A stretch of DNA of 64,000 nt from Octopus sinensis (taxonomy: Eukaryota), in assembly GCF_006345805.1 (NCBI RefSeq), contig NC_043004.1, positions 6,882,001 to 6,946,000 of the forward strand, read 5' to 3'. The position numbers and the translations under genes were made by a program. The notes under the pieces were generated by a model, which saw only the letters and a list, made by a program, of their open reading frames with translations, had not been told where the DNA came from and made no database searches. Positions 1 through 15,419 of the stretch are shown in pieces (position 1 is the first letter of the stretch; the number at the start of each line of letters is the position of its first letter).

Positions 1-2136
1 AGAGGAATGAAACCTACGGACAATATATTCATCATTTTATTATATGTGTGTCTGTGCACGATAGCGAAACTGAAATAAACTAACACAATCAAGCATGAAA
101 CTAGATGTGCCTATGACAGAAGGTTCTGCGAATGAACTCAGTGTGAGGAATATGACAATAAACCATTATGTAATATGACTATAATAAAGTTTTAAGATGA
201 AACAAATAAACCAACATGGAATATGCCAGTGTGAATTACTTCAAGCAGAGACAGAGAGAGAGAGACTCTGTGTGTGTGAGTGTGTGTGTATGCATGTCTG
301 TGTGCAATACGCAAAATCAGATCAGCAGGAATGCAAGCGAAATGATCAAAAGGCAACATAGAAAGATAGCTAGATAACTGGACAGACAGATGCAGCTATA
401 GAATGAATTACTAAAAGCCATTTAACCAGAAATAAATTCATCAGGATGAGATACCTGTTTAGAGTTTAGAAGTGAAGGGATTTACTTCCAGAATTCTCTC
501 AGCATACAGGTCACTGACATTAAGAGTGGTGGTGATGGTGGTGGTGGGCTCTTTAATAACCCCATACAAATGACCAGTGTGCTGGGCATTTAGAAACCAC
601 AAAGCAGAATTCACAGGCAAGATATTGGATGTTGGAAAATATCAGAAAAGTTTCCTGAATCTCATTGACCACAGCTGGGCATTAGCACACTTCAGAACCA
701 GATTCACATACCATAAATGGACATTAACCAAACACCATAGCAGAACAATTTGCTGACCAAAGCTGGACAACAGCATAGCTAAGGCAGTAAACCTAACAAA
801 GAAATAAATAAATAAAATACTAGAATTACTAAAAAAAAATTAAAAAAAAAAAAAAGCACTGTGTGATATGGTGATGATAATGATAATTTCTTTCTATTGT
901 AGACACAAGGCCTGAAATTTGTGGGGGCTAGTTGATTACATTGCCCCCCCCCCCCCCCCAGTGCTCAAGTGGTACACATTTTATTGACTGCCAAAAGGAT
1001 GAAAGGCAAAGTCAACCTCGGTAGAATTTGAACTCAGAATAAAGAACTGGACAAAATGCTTAGCAGCATTTTGCTCAGCATGCTAGTGATTCTGACAGAT
1101 CACGACTGATCATGATGGTGATAACCCTTTATCTTCTACAAAAGTAACAAATATAATAATACAATGCAGTATAGTACAATACAAGGGATATAAATGGGGT
1201 TTTACAAATAGATAAATATATACTCATCATCACCATTTTACATAAAGATAATCTAAGGTTTCAGGATTACAAAATGTTCAAAACAATCTCTTAGAGAATC
1301 AGAGCACAGAATACCATCTATTCTGGATAACTGATCCTATTAACACATTTTAATCAACATTTAATGTCTGCGTTCCATACTGGCACAAGTTGGGCAATTT
1401 GACAGTATCTGACTAATCTGAGGGTTGCATTGGTCTCCAGTTACTGCTTGTTGGCAAGATTTCTGCAGTTGGATGCCTTTCCTAATGCCAACCACTTTAC
1501 AGTGTACTAGGTGCTTTTTTTTTTTTTTGTGGCACCAGCACTAGTGAAATCAAAGGAAAGCAACAATGTTTGTTATCATTTTATATAAGTCAAGCAACTG
1601 CACAACTATTTCATCTAAACTGCATCCCAAAAGTGAAGAATTTCTTCTTCAAGACCAGAAAATACTTCAGTTCTAAGCAATTGCTGATTCTTTAGAAGGT
1701 AATAAGTAACCCTTCACATTAGACTGCTAACATATATTGAGACAATGAAAATTCTATACATGCAAATATTTGTGTCTTTCAGAGACAAACCAGAAAGCCT
1801 TCACTACAACTGCTTGGTCACTAATATACAATGTCATCTTTATTTTATCGGTTGCAATGATCTCTGCCCCATTCAAACTGTATACCACCATTGTCCAAAC
1901 TTACTTTATGCAACTATTTCTCCACTTCTGAACACACTTATTCTTGTCAATCAAACAGATCTAATTTCCTTGCTACTTTTATTCAATTTTATGTTTAATT
2001 TGAACATTAACTATGTCGACTTCAACAAACAGGTGAACCTATATGTGGTCATTCAAACTGCTAGAAATAGCAGCCAAATCTTTCAAATCATGTCCTACTG
2101 TCTTACAAAAGAACAGATTCATTTAGTCATGTAGCC

Positions 2137-2204
<68 letters not shown>

Positions 2205-4263
2205 TTATATCAATCATCATTATCATTTTAATGCCCACCTTTCCCTGCTTGTATGAATTGGATGAGGTTTATTGAAGCAGATTTTCTATAGAAATGCCCT
2301 ATGGGTTGCCAGCTCACATCTATTTCCAAGCAAGGTATTTCCTCGTGGCCAAACATGTTTTTGCAGAATATTGGAAATGAATAACATTGTTCATATGACT
2401 GTGTCACTAACTTACAACTGTCATGTGATGCCAAGGCAAAGACATACAGAATGGGTTTCTGGTAGAAGACACTTACCTAAGATGCCATGCAATAGGACTG
2501 AACCCCAAACTATGTGGTTAGAAAACAAACTTCTCAACCAAACAGCTATGCTTATACCTCTGTGTGTGTGTTTGTAATTAAACACTCCCTATTTAAACAG
2601 TGAATAACAAACTCTAAAATATCAGTTTGAAAACTGCTTTTAAGCAAGAAACTCCTTTCAGAGTTACCTTTTGTAAACACCTAATAACTTATAAACATTT
2701 AATTATTAGAGTGGAAAAATTATCAGAAAAGCCATTTCTATTCATCTTTTAGAACCATGATTCAACTATAATACCAGTAAAGGTGATTATAAGACCAGAA
2801 TTCAATTCGCTTCAAAAAGTAATGCTATCACCTTCAACTGAATACCAACACAGGAAGCTTCTTTGAATTTCGTTCACTTTGAAAACATCATAAGTGATGG
2901 ACCCTTGATGAAATTGCAGCAACTAGAATGCATAATTGCATACAAAGCAATTTGTAGTTGCTGCAGTAGAAACATATGTTGGTCATTGTTATATTTGCTG
3001 TAGAAAACTTTTTAATAAAAAAAATTTTCAATGTGAATAAATTTCCATTCTTCTCAAAACAAATAACAAGGTACCATAGTAAGAAAGCCATCCTACAACT
3101 GATTTAGGACTAACATGGGGATAAACAACTTCACTAATCTCTAATCTGAAAGAACTCTCAAGGGCTGCAAACATTTCCACATCTTTAAACCTGATTAATC
3201 TTTTTAAATACCCCCCCCCCAAAAAAAATATTTCATAATTATGTTGTTTTGTAATCGATAAGAAGTGATTAAACGCTATTTAAAATCATCTAATTGCAAC
3301 ATTTCTATATAAGGCTAAGTTGAAGCAAAATTAAGAAATATATCTGAGTGGCAAATGAGAGGTTTAAAAAATGGTTATGGTGATGGGATTTCTAAGGGAT
3401 TATTATAACAGACTAGAGGATATGAATCATGCATCAAGATTTAAACTGCACTTCTGAATTCTCTGTTATTTTAGCTGCTGTAATTCTCACCATCACCATC
3501 AACATGTAATGTCCATTTTGCCATGCTTGCATAGGTCAAACAGAATTTTTTGAGGAAGATGTTCAATGGCAGGATCTCCTTCCTTTTACCAACCCTTACC
3601 TGTTTCCAAGCAAGGTAATAATTCTCCATGGCCAGACATGATTTTCCATGGTTGATTATGAATGAACAACCTTGTTTGTAAGACAATGATGCTTGTTTAC
3701 AACCATCACATGATATCAAATCAAGAGTACACACAATCTCACAATCTCTCTCTCTCTCCCTCTCTCTCACACAGAGGCTCTTTTCAGATTCTGTATCTAC
3801 CAAATCTACTCACAAGGCATTGGTCAGCTTGAGGCTTAAGTAGAAGGCACTTGCCCAAAGTGCTGCACCATGAGACTGATCCCAAGACCACATGGTTGGG
3901 AAGCAAACTTCTTAACCACACAACCATATTTGCACTTTTCATATAAAATATTTCAGATATGCCTTATATTTTAATCTCTCCATTTAATCCATGAATTATA
4001 ATACACCTTTCCAACACACACACACATTTTTATAACACTGAATGTGTGAGAGAGATAGAGATTGAGTGAGATGGTGCATGGGTGTGTGTGTGTGTGTGGA
4101 CACACAGCTAGGTAAACAGAGTGAACAAATAATGGTTATGGGGAACACATCCCCACTGCTCAATAAAGAAAAAATAACAATAGCGAACAAAAATAAAGGT
4201 ATTCACATTAATGGCTTACACCCACACACATTGGGATCTACCAATATATCATCACCAACATTA

Positions 4264-4298
<35 letters not shown>

Positions 4299-4974
4299 GT
4301 GTTGTTCACAGAACTACATCTGCTGTGTCCAGGTGTTCTACCCTTTCAAAAAGGAACTGTAAAATTAATTATGTAAATCACACCAAAATAAATCTTATCC
4401 TATCCTAAACTTAATTCTACTTAACATCTACCTTTCTACTTAACCATCCACCCACCGTCCATCCCTCCATCCAGAATCATTCACAAAAATGCGACAAAGG
4501 ATAAATGCTCAGTGATATACAGTATCCTAGCCCATATATCATGTGGTCCTTGTGTGACCCACCTGACAAGGGCTTTAATGTGGTCAGAAATAACTACTGA
4601 TACTACTGACCTCTTGCTGACATAGAGACAATTTAACTAAGGAGGACATCAATGGTACATCTCTTCACACATACACACTCGCTCACATACACAGCGTGTG
4701 TGAGTGAGTATAGGGGGTTTTAGACCCCTGGGTCCTGATGGAGCATACCTATGAATTTGTACACACTGGGTGGCTGCTGACATCTGCTGCTATGTTAAAA
4801 AAAAAAACAAAAAAAAAATATTTGCATGGACCATTGGAAAATTTAACATTTTCTAATTGCGTTTTAGATGTTTCTGAATGAAATCTGAATAAGTAATGCA
4901 GGGAGAACCAGTAAAAATAAATAAAGGTTACCCATCTATCTGAATACTGTTAACTAACAAGAACAGATTTTTCA

Positions 4975-5051
4975 CACACACAACACACACACATAAATAT
5001 ACATATAAATATATACACACAAATATATATTATATATATATACACACACAA

Positions 5052-5084
<33 letters not shown>

Positions 5085-5260
5085 AATATATATATATATA
5101 TATATACACACAAATATATATATATATATATACACACAAATTATATATATAATATACACACAAATATATATATATATATATATATACACACAAAATATAT
5201 TATATATATACACACACAAATATTTATATATAAAAAGTATAAGTATATATATATAATATA
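4975..5260. repeat. Compound (TA)n/(CA)n microsatellite; similar tracts at ~2120-2200, 5490-5600, 25085-25335, 26490-26865, 27020-27100, 27610-27740, 44310-44480
   Basis: Directly visible dinucleotide runs; they generate the YI/CV/HT-rich ORFs in the track. Confidence 0.95.
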
Positions 5261-5499
5261 GATTTGATTCCACTGTGTGTGCATGTATATTATTTTTGGG
5301 GAGCAAATCTTTCAGACCATACATTATTAAAAAAAGATCTCAACAGATTTTTAATAGTTTCCCTTTATGCTTTTGTAACTTATTTTTCATTACACCATAA
5401 AAATGTAGATTTATAATTAAATGAAAAACAAAAAAAGAAAAACTTATGGTGAACTATCAGGAATGTGTTATAGTCATGTTACAACAGCACACACACATG

Positions 5500-5536
<37 letters not shown>

Positions 5537-5949
5537 ACACACATACATGCATATACACACACATATATGCAAATATATATATATGTATATATACACACAT
5601 TAATTTGCATATGGAAATTTGCATATAAGATAAGGTGAAAGATTACATGAACATTAGGTGAACTGGTGCAGATTTGCAACTGATAATTTAGTGCAGCTAG
5701 ACTGCCAGCTACTGCCACTATGTAAAAGGAACTAAGCACTACAAAGAGAATAAATACCGACATTGGCAGTGCCATTATTACTACTATTGTATTATACCAC
5801 CACTAACACCACCATCTCTTTCTTCATCAACCACTGATAAAGAATGCTTCCAACAATAATAAACTATACTAACCAATCCCTAAAAATATTGGAATGTAAA
5901 AAAATAAATTTAGGAAAGAAAAGAAAAAAAGAAAATTTGTCTTATCAAT

Positions 5950-7550
5950 GAAAAATCTGATGGAAAACGACCATTCTATAGACCAATCATTCTCTTAGCA
6001 CACAAACACAAATCCTGGAAATGGCTTATATTAAAGTTTACCAGAACTATATATATTCTTTCTTCTCTGATACCCAATACAATTTACTAGAGATTTACAT
6101 TCAACTGACACACCACTCTAAGAACAAATAGCAGATGGCTTCAAAAATAAAAGTCTTCATTATGCATTATCATCATCACAACCAACATAAATATCAGCAT
6201 AGACTTTAATTCAATGCCCTTGTGCATCTCATAAAAATAATACAGAACAGTTCCCTAAATAACACTAAACATTAGACAGCTAACTATCAATCTTTTATGA
6301 ATACCAACCTTGCATTATATACAACCACTAAACTTCCTAGATTCTCTACAAAATGAAATACTATAAAATTCTGCCTTAAAAGTTCTCTTTCAACCTACAT
6401 ATGCACAATCTGCCTCGCCACTGTACACATAGTACCACTCTCTGCTGATACTTCAATCACAAATTATGACATAATGTTGGCAAGCAAACTATTCTTCCCA
6501 TTGCTAAGCTTATATATAATAATATATTTAGAAGACTTGTAATTTCCAAATGGTGTACCACAAGGATCTATCCTCTCAACCATTCTCTTTAACATATGCC
6601 TTCACAAAATTACCTGTACAAGTGAGATCACCATGCAAAACTACAAACCTTGAGGAGGTGGCATTACATAAGAGGATGAAGGGTTTAGTATGAGAAGGGG
6701 CCAAAGCAGAATAGGTTTCTTGCTGTAGAGGGTTACATGAATATTAACATTTTATACACCCTCATATACAAATGACATCACAATCATAATCTTCTACCAT
6801 TTATTGACATAGAAGCACAATGCTATTCTATATCAAACAATCTAGTAAAGCTACTAGCCCTTGAGTTTGATACCACCACACCTGTCCCCTATACAGACTT
6901 ATATTCGAAACCCAAAAGTGCTACCCTGATAAAAGCATTGCCCACCCCTATGTAGACCACCTCCATCACCATCCACCCCATGCTCTAGCTACGCAACAGT
7001 GAACCCTCTGGTAATTAAAACTAGCGAACTGGTTGGAGCTATGCCATATCTACACTAACTCTCACTGCAGTAAATGTGCTTCACCTCTGACCCATCTGAC
7101 ACAGATAAGTGGATGATTGGTACCATCCTCTTATATGTATGTTACCACATTTCCCTTCCCATGCAACCAAAAGCCATAACCCTCACACCACAAACTGGTT
7201 CACACACAGCTGCACAAGCAAAGAACACAACCTACAATACTTGGAAATCATCCAATATCAGCAACAGGAGAGGGTGTTCTTACAAGATAATCATCACAAT
7301 ACATGAAAGTTAACTGTGATGTGTCGACATTGTCTCACTTCCCAGCAAATTTCTACATTAGATACTTTTCTGAATCCTTCCTACGCAGAACCACAGTTCT
7401 CTGGGATGAACACCCTATTCATACTCCACCCCCTTATATCCACTACCAACACCACTGACATAACATATATCTAAGTACATTGACTTCACTGACTGCACCA
7501 ATCTAGGATGGTATCCAAAGGTACCGCCACCGCTCTTCCTTCAACTAAAT
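5950..7550 (+). mobile_element. Degenerate non-LTR retrotransposon RT and 3' region (Jockey/CR1-type), interrupted by another retroelement fragment at ~6610-6740
   Basis: Recognisable RT motifs YRPIILL (~5978), NGVPQGSILSTILFNI (~6548-6596), YTNDITI (YADD box, ~6766) and a C-terminal SF.RRT..LW (~7375-7405). Confidence 0.7.
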
Positions 7551-8489
7551 ATTAACAATAATGATAATAATTTCTGTTTTAGGTACAAGGCCAGCAGTTT
7601 TGAAGAGGAGGAGTAGTTGATCTCTCAGTACTTGACGAGTACTTTGTTCTACTAATTGGTAGGGATAAAAGGCAAAGTTGACCCTGGTGGAAATTGAACT
7701 CAAAACATAAAGGGTCAGAAGAAATACTGTAAGGCATTTTATACTCTATTAATTATGTCACCTCACTGCCGTTAAAATAATAATAATGAAATTGTGGGGG
7801 AGGGGGGCCAGTCAATTTTATTGACCCCAGTACTCAACTGGTTACTTATTTTATCAACCCTGAAAGGATAAAAGGCAAAGTTGACCACAGCAGCATTTGA
7901 GCTCAGACTATAAAGATGAACAAAATGCCGCTAAGCATGTTACCTGCTATGCTAATAATAATGATGATGATAAAAATGCCCTGACGCAGTGTCAAGCACT
8001 GGCTCTCATGGCTTCTGATCCTAACTGATTGGAAGTGTTGTCATGTACATCTTTTGTCTTGGTATTAAAGATGGGCTACAGCAAATATTCTGCTCAATAC
8101 CACAGATTTGCTTGACCTTAACCAGTTGAGTATGTCCCTTAATGGCTGACGATATGTCATCTCTGATCACAAGCAGAGGTAATGGGAGAACATCATAGCA
8201 TTGTGTTGAGAGGGATTCTTTGGGATTTGAATAATTCACCTCTGGAAACATGAGTGTTTCATTCATCATCCTTAAACAACCCTTAGTCAGGAACCTTTTG
8301 AGCAGGATGGTCTACTTGACCTGAAGAAAATTCTAATCTGCAAAGTCATGCACCATTTATCTTGATATCAGATCACCATGTCATGCACATATGACTGTGA
8401 TTCATGGGCCTGGGTGTATTGGGCTTTGTATATTTGTACCCCAGTGTCACTTTGATGATATGCACTACTCTCTCACTCTATAATAACTA

Positions 8490-8699
8490 TTCTTTTATCT
8501 TTTATTTGTTTCAGTCATCTTGACTGTGGCCATGCTGGAGCACCACCTTTAGTCAAAGAAATCAACCCCATGACTTATTCTTTGTAAGCCTAGTACTTAT
8601 TCCATCGGTCTCTTAGCCAAACTGCTAGGTGACGGAGTCATAAACACAGCAACATCGGTTGTCAAGCGATGGGGGGGGAACACACACACACATATATAT

Positions 8700-8731
<32 letters not shown>

Positions 8732-8885
8732 ATACAACTGGCTTCTTTCAGTTTCCATTTACCAAATTCACTCACAAGGCTTTGGTTGGCCCGATGCTAT
8801 AGTAGAAGACACTTGCCCAAGCTACCACGCAGTGGGACTGAACCCGGAATCATGTGGTTGGCAAGCAAGCTCCTCCTGCGCCTAT
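8490..8885 (-). mobile_element. SINE family A, full length. Further copies: ~11985-12357(-), 13310-13662(+), 29600-29950(-), 33315-33685(-), 38676-39030(-), 39414-39745(+), 59005-59325(+), 63755-64000(-)
   Basis: Reverse complement of the 9283-9656 element; the same blocks are seen at the listed positions. Confidence 0.85.
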
Positions 8886-9282
8886 AATAATAATTGTTTC
8901 TAATTTTTTTTAGGCAGGAGACCATCAATATTAGGAAGGGATAAGGCAGCAAGCTGGCCAAATCATTAGCATGTCAAGCAAAATACTTACTGGCATTTCA
9001 TCTGTCTTTACAGTCTCAGTTCAAATTCCGCCAAGTTTGACTTTGCCTTTCATGCTATCAGGGTCAATAAAATAAGTACCTGTTGAATACTGGGGTCGAT
9101 ATAATTGACTGGTTGCACCAGGAACAGCCAACACTGATTTCCAAACAACCACAATGGTGAAATGTATCCTTTATCTTTTACTTGTTTCAGTCATTAGACT
9201 GTGGCCATGCTGGGGCACTGCCTTGAAGAACTTTTAGTCCAATGAATCAACCCCAGTTCTTATCGTCTTAAATCATATACAT

Positions 9283-9656
9283 AGGCGTAAGAGTGGCTGT
9301 GTGGTAAGTAGCTTGCTTACCAACCACATGGTTCTGGGTTCAGTCCCACTGCATGGCACCTTGGGCAAGTGTCTTCTACTGTAGCCTCGGGCCAACCAAA
9401 GCCTTGTGAGTGGATTTGGTAGATGGAAACTTAAAGAAGCCTGTTGTATATATGTATATGTGTGAGTGTTTGTTCCCCCAACATCGCTTGACAACTGATG
9501 CTGGTGTGTTTACGTCCCTGTAACTTAGCGGTTCGGCAAAAGAGCCGATAGAATAAGTACTAGGCTTACAAAGAATAAGTCCTAGGGTTGATTTGCTTGA
9601 CAAAAGGTGGTGCTCCAGCATGGTCACAGTCACATGACTGAAACAAGTAAAAGAGA
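9283..9656 (+). mobile_element. Full-length tRNA-derived CORE-type SINE (family A, resembling octopus OR-type SINEs), nested in an older opposite-strand copy (9169-9930)
   Basis: A box tggctgtgtgg, B box ggttcagtccc, CORE-like ggcaccttgggcaagtgtcttct, internal (TG)n, tail cagcatggtcacagtc...gaaacaagtaaaagag. Confidence 0.85.
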
Positions 9657-11626
9657 ATATTCTGTTAGTCTTTCAGACTAAACTTCTAATTTATAGGGAC
9701 ATAAACATACCAACACTGGTTGTCAAGTGGTGGTGGGAGGAGGACAAACACACACACACACACATCTACACAACAGGCCTCTTTCAGTTTCCATTTACCA
9801 AATCCACCCACAAGGCTTTGGTCAGCCCAAGACTATAGTAGAAGACACCTTCCCAAGATACCATACAGGGGACTAAACCCGAAACCATATAGTTGGAAAG
9901 CAAGCTTCCTACCACACAATCACACCTGTATGTATTAACAAATGATGTAAACTTGGGTTTAATGTAATTTCTCCCATATTCGCTCTGTATATTATGAATA
10001 GTAATATTACTAAGTATAGTAGTAGCTTAAACACCATACTGGAAGCAGACTGGATGATGACAATGTATGTGGAGCTCTAAACTCAACAGTAGTAGTCATA
10101 CATCTATTTGCACATACTGTATGGATGGATGGGTGTTCTCTTCTGATCTAATCATATAAATTCTTCCTCTGAGGAAGGGATTACTTTCTAAAAAATGTAC
10201 AAAGCTCCATCATTAGAATATAGATAACAAAAACAACGTCACATTTTAAACTTGAGAAAAATCTTGCATATTTCGACTGTTCCACTAACAGATTGTATTT
10301 GTAATGTGTAAGTTAGTTGGTTGATACCTTTTTCTGAAAACCCTAGCTTACCCAGATTGTCACATGATGTGTGTGTGTGTGTGTGTGTGTGTCTGTGTGC
10401 ACCCTTGGCTAGATACCATGTGGTGGCTGTAAACAAGTATATCATCAGTTCCAGTCATCCATGAAAAACATGTCTGACCATGGAGGAATTATTATCTTGC
10501 TTAGAAAATAGTATGGGTTAATGACAGGAAGAGCACCCTGCTGTACAATACCTGCCACAATAAATTCCATGACCCATACAAGCATGGATAAGTGAATGTT
10601 AAATGATGATGATGAATAGTTTAAAATCATTCCTCATGTCTGATAAAAAAACAAAAACAAAAAAAAACAGAAACAACAAAATATTCAGTTTTACCAATAT
10701 TTTGAGGGTAACTTTTGCAAATCTGGATACTTGCATACTTTTGGAGCAATTGGTTCTACAATAAAATGCCCTTCATATTATGATTTTGTTCTTTCTTTTT
10801 TTTTAATTGTTTCAGTTATTGAACTGTGGCCATGCTGGAGCACTGTCTTGAAAGAGTCTAATCAAACAAATCGACCCTGGTACTCATTTTGTAAGTGTAA
10901 TACTTATTCTATAAGCCTCTTTTTCTGAACTGTTTGCGAAGTTACAGATTCTAGCATAGAAATAGGATCGGTATTAATAATCCAGTTACGTAGTCTAGGA
11001 CAAATAGAATAATGTACTTTGCCGAAGGACACGAGATAATAGTTGTAGCATTGTGTGAATTTGCGAATATGCAGTCAGTAGCTCAGCTATTTGACCTCAC
11101 ATCCATTGTGTGTCACAAACAGACAATATGGGTTAATGAAGTAAAAATTGGACAATTGAAAAATATTCCCAAACCTATAAAAATACAATACTCTTAGCAT
11201 TGCTTGCACACCTTTCCTAACTCAAACTTTTGTAAACAATAACACATTTTTGTCAGAACCCGCTTCAAACAATTTCTAGTTGTTATGAAAGGTAATCTAG
11301 CTGCATAAAGCTATTTCCAATTATACAGGTTCTGCTTGACAAGAAGCTCACATGATATTACCATATTTCTATGCAGTTGCTATGGAGATAATTATCCTAT
11401 AGTGAAATTCATAAAACTGAGAAAACTACTTTCAAACACTATAATTGGTGGATGGCAGAATCAATAAAGTATCTGACAAAAAACAGCTTGGGCTATTTGG
11501 TTAAAGTCTTCAAGATTCGGGGTTCAAACCCTACTCAGGTACAATTTGACTTTTAACTGTCCAACAATGATAAAATAAGAAATTGATGAAATAATTACTG
11601 GGATTAATGTAATTAACTCTCTAGAA

Positions 11627-11968
11627 CAGGGCTGGCCAACCTGAGGCCCACGGGTTGCATGCGACCCACAGCCTTTTATCTTGCAGCCTGCTTGATACTT
11701 TCTTGAAATGGGTTTGTTTAAACAAACATTTAAAAAATTTTATCAAAAATTAAAGATTGTAATGAAAAGTAAAAAAGAAAGATACTACTGTTTTTTGCAA
11801 TGATAATATTTCATGTTGAACCAATGATCATTCATTCATTATTCTAATAATTACAAAATGAATAAAATAAAAGCAAAATGCTTCCATTTCTGTCAGTATA
11901 CAATCAGCTCACAAAAAACTTTCTGTGATTAAAGTGGTTTACAATATAATTCAAGTTGGCCAGGCCAG
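11627..11968. mobile_element. hAT-Charlie-type MITE
   Basis: TIRs cagggctggccaac / gttggccaggccag. 8-bp TSD ctctagaa / ctctagag fits the Charlie NTCTAGAN target. Confidence 0.85.
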
Positions 11969-13469
11969 CTCTAGAGGGTGACTGAACTGTGGCCATACTG
12001 GGGCACCACTTTGAAGGGTTTACTCAAACTAGTCAACCCCAATACTTATTGTTTTCCTTAATCTGGTATTTATTCTATCAGTCTCTTTGCCAAACTACTA
12101 AGTTATGGGGATGTAAACAAAACAACACCAGTTGATAAGCAGTGGTGGAGGACAAACACAAACACACACACAACCACACACAAACACATATGATAAGCTT
12201 CTTACAGTTTCTGTCTACCAAATCCATTTACAAGGCTTTGCATTGGCCCAAAACTATATAGTAGAAGACACTTGTTCAAGGTTCCACACACTAGGATTGA
12301 ACCCAAAACCATGTGGCTTGGAAGCAAATTTCTTATCATACAGCCATGCCTGTACCTATGGTCACAGTACTGAAACCAGTAAGATTAAAAGACTTCTAGT
12401 AAATTCACCAAATCAAGAATAAGGACCTGATGTCTATGTATGTACAATGGTCAAATCTGAGTTGATTTCCAACTGAATATTCCTGTTTCTATAGTGACAA
12501 CAGTGACAAATCGGACTTGGCTCACTTGTGCTAGCAAAGAAAAACAAGACTAAATGAAATAATAATGAATGATGATTACTATTACATAAATAAATAAAAT
12601 TTTTTTTAAAAACTGTAGTCACAAGAACAGCAAATGATTTGCCTAGGAAAACCACACAGGGCTGCCACAATCATTTCAGAAATAGATACAGTACTTATTA
12701 CAATAGTTTTTCCTCTTATTTTTTCTTTTAACTGCTGGTACTTTTTGTCTAATACATTTGTATTTTAAACCAATCTCTGATTACAAATCTATAAATAATG
12801 ATTTCCTTTGAGAAAACACACACAGAGAAGAGTGTAGTCAAGGTAATTGGCACCAATACATTACTGGTATATATATATATATATATCCCAACACATTTCT
12901 CTCTCTCTCTCTCTCTATTTTTTTCCTTTCATCCTTTTCTGTTGGGGAGTATAAGTTTGAAAGCCTAAGACTTTTCCATTTTTCCCAGGTGTCAAACTAA
13001 TACACTTGCTTATTGTTTCCTCACCTGCCTCTATCTTTTCTTTTCTGTACATTTGAACCATCATCATTATCATCATTTAACATCTGTTGTCCATGCCAGC
13101 ATCAGTTAAGTGATTTGACCAGAGCTGGCATGCTGGAGAGCTGCCCCAGACTCCAGTCTGATTTAGCATAGTTTCTACGGTTAGATGCCCTTCCTAACAC
13201 CAACCATTTTACAGACTGTGCTGGATGCTTTTATGTGGCACCACACAGGCACCTTCACATGGCACCACATGGGCACTTTTATGTAACTGCTATATTTCAA
13301 GATTAAAGCACAGGCATGGTTGTGTTGCTTAGAAGCTCATTTAGCAACCATGTAGTCTTGGGTTCAGTTCCACTGTACAACATCTTGGACAAGTGTCTTC
13401 AACTGTAGCCCCAGCTGAACAATGCCTTGTGAGTGAATTTAATAGATGGAACTTGTGTGGAAGGCTGTT

Positions 13470-13503
<34 letters not shown>

Positions 13504-15419
13504 TACATACATATATACACACATACATGTGACTTAGCAGTTTGGCAAAAGAGACCAATAAAATAAGTACCAGACATAAAAAGAATAAATCCTGGTGTTG
13601 ACATGTAAAACACTTCAAGGCCGTACTCCAGCATGGCTACAGTCCAACAACTGAAACAAGTATGTATAAAACACAAATTGACATAGAATTCCATTCATTT
13701 CAGTAATATATTAGATAAACCTGAAATAGCAAAGAAAGCTTAAATGTTCCACAGTGAACTTTTGTGACAGCGAAAGAATACTATCCTTTCATAGCTATAA
13801 ACTAGACAACCTTTACCAGCTGCCTTCATGCACATTTCAGCAAATTGTTGTAGTGTGCCTGAAGATCAAACTTATGAACAAAAGCTGAAATTTTATGAGT
13901 AATCTACATCTCTGTATTGCCTACAGTACAGCTATGATCCCTTTTCCCACACAATTAGAAAGCAGGCTTCCAGAAGAATATAGCTGAAGGTATATTAATG
14001 CACCAAGAAACCACATGGTATATGAACAATGAACCATAAATGAATGCCAACGAAGGTCACACACAAGCAGCATACTTAAGCCTTCTGGCAAGCCAGTTAA
14101 ACAAAGCTCTACAACTCACAAAACTACCAACGACCAATCAAAACATGCAATCCTTTACAAGAAAATATATAAAAACAAAATGTATATAAATAACATCAAT
14201 GTACTCAAAAAAAAAGAGTTTGATGGAAACTTTTGGCTAAAATCATAACTTAATAAAGTAAATTTATCAATATTATTAATGCTGTCAATATCATCATAGA
14301 GTGGGTATTTGGTTTCAATTTTATTCCATTCACAACATTATTTGTTAATACTCTACCATCTACATACAAAACAGTTAAGGCTTGTGGTATAAAAATAGTG
14401 GTTGATTATTATTATTATTATTATTATTATCATCATCATTATTATTATTTTCTACTTTCCTCCATTTGGAGAAAGGCATTGCAACTCAAAGATGTTAGTC
14501 ATGATAACCAATGACAAAAAGCAAAAAAAAAAGACATAAAAATGTGCAAAGCATGTATATTTCATGTCAGTTACATGATACAAAGAAAAATAAAACCGAA
14601 TCTGAAGGTATCCATATATATCATCATCATCATCATTTAATGTTCTAGTAATCCATCAGTGCTGGCAACATAAAAATAAACACCTAGTTACACTCTGCAA
14701 AGTGCTTTGAAACAAGCCTGAAGCAGAGGGTATAAAGAAGTGAAATACAACCAGTGTGTGTGTGTGTGTTTATTATTGGCATAATGACCTTTTTGAGATA
14801 CAACAAAACAGGTTAAGAAATATATCAAAAAAAAAAAAAAAATTGATTCAAGTATATTAAACTTTTTGAAAAAATAGTAATTCGGTGAGCCAAAGACTAA
14901 AGGAGACATCATTCTGAGCCAATTACATAATCAAGCACAATATCTCCAGTGATTTCTTTTTCTACAGCTTTTTCAATGTTGCTTTGGTGCATTTAAAGAA
15001 TTGATGGTACAACTAGCTTCAAAGAGCAACATGCAAGGAAGAACAACTATGGTGAAAGCATTTTTAAAGAGGTGGAGAAAATATGGACAAAATACAATTT
15101 GACAAAGTTCAAATTGACGGAGTACAAGATCCAATCCTTGTTGCCATGTGGTGGCTTGCATGCCTCATATACAAGCAGAATGCAAGCTCCCTTGCCGGAC
15201 AAGTCAGAGGGAAGCAGCCAAACTAATTAAGGACCACTTCTTCCCAGAGGTAAAAGTAGGCTTGCATAGAACCAACATCCCTACCTAGAAAAAAGCCAAG
15301 TTACTGACAATTCAATGACAATTCTGAACCAACAAGACCTGGGAGAAGAAAGGCCAAGATTCGGCAACAGAGGAGGAAAGTTGTTGATAGCCTATGCTCT
15401 ATAGGGAACAAACGGCTTA

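Noticed and set aside
1745-2134. 129-aa ORF
   Set aside because: AT-rich, no motif, and it overlaps a dispersed repeat at its 3' end.
5479-5775. Hydrophobic signal/TM-like ORF MALPMSVFILFVV...
   Set aside because: Runs into microsatellite, is preceded by an in-frame stop without a good acceptor, and shows no recognisable homology.
8669-9938. Recurrent short ORFs such as RRHLPKVP..GTEP..MWL
   Set aside because: Antisense translations of SINE family A, found at many copies.
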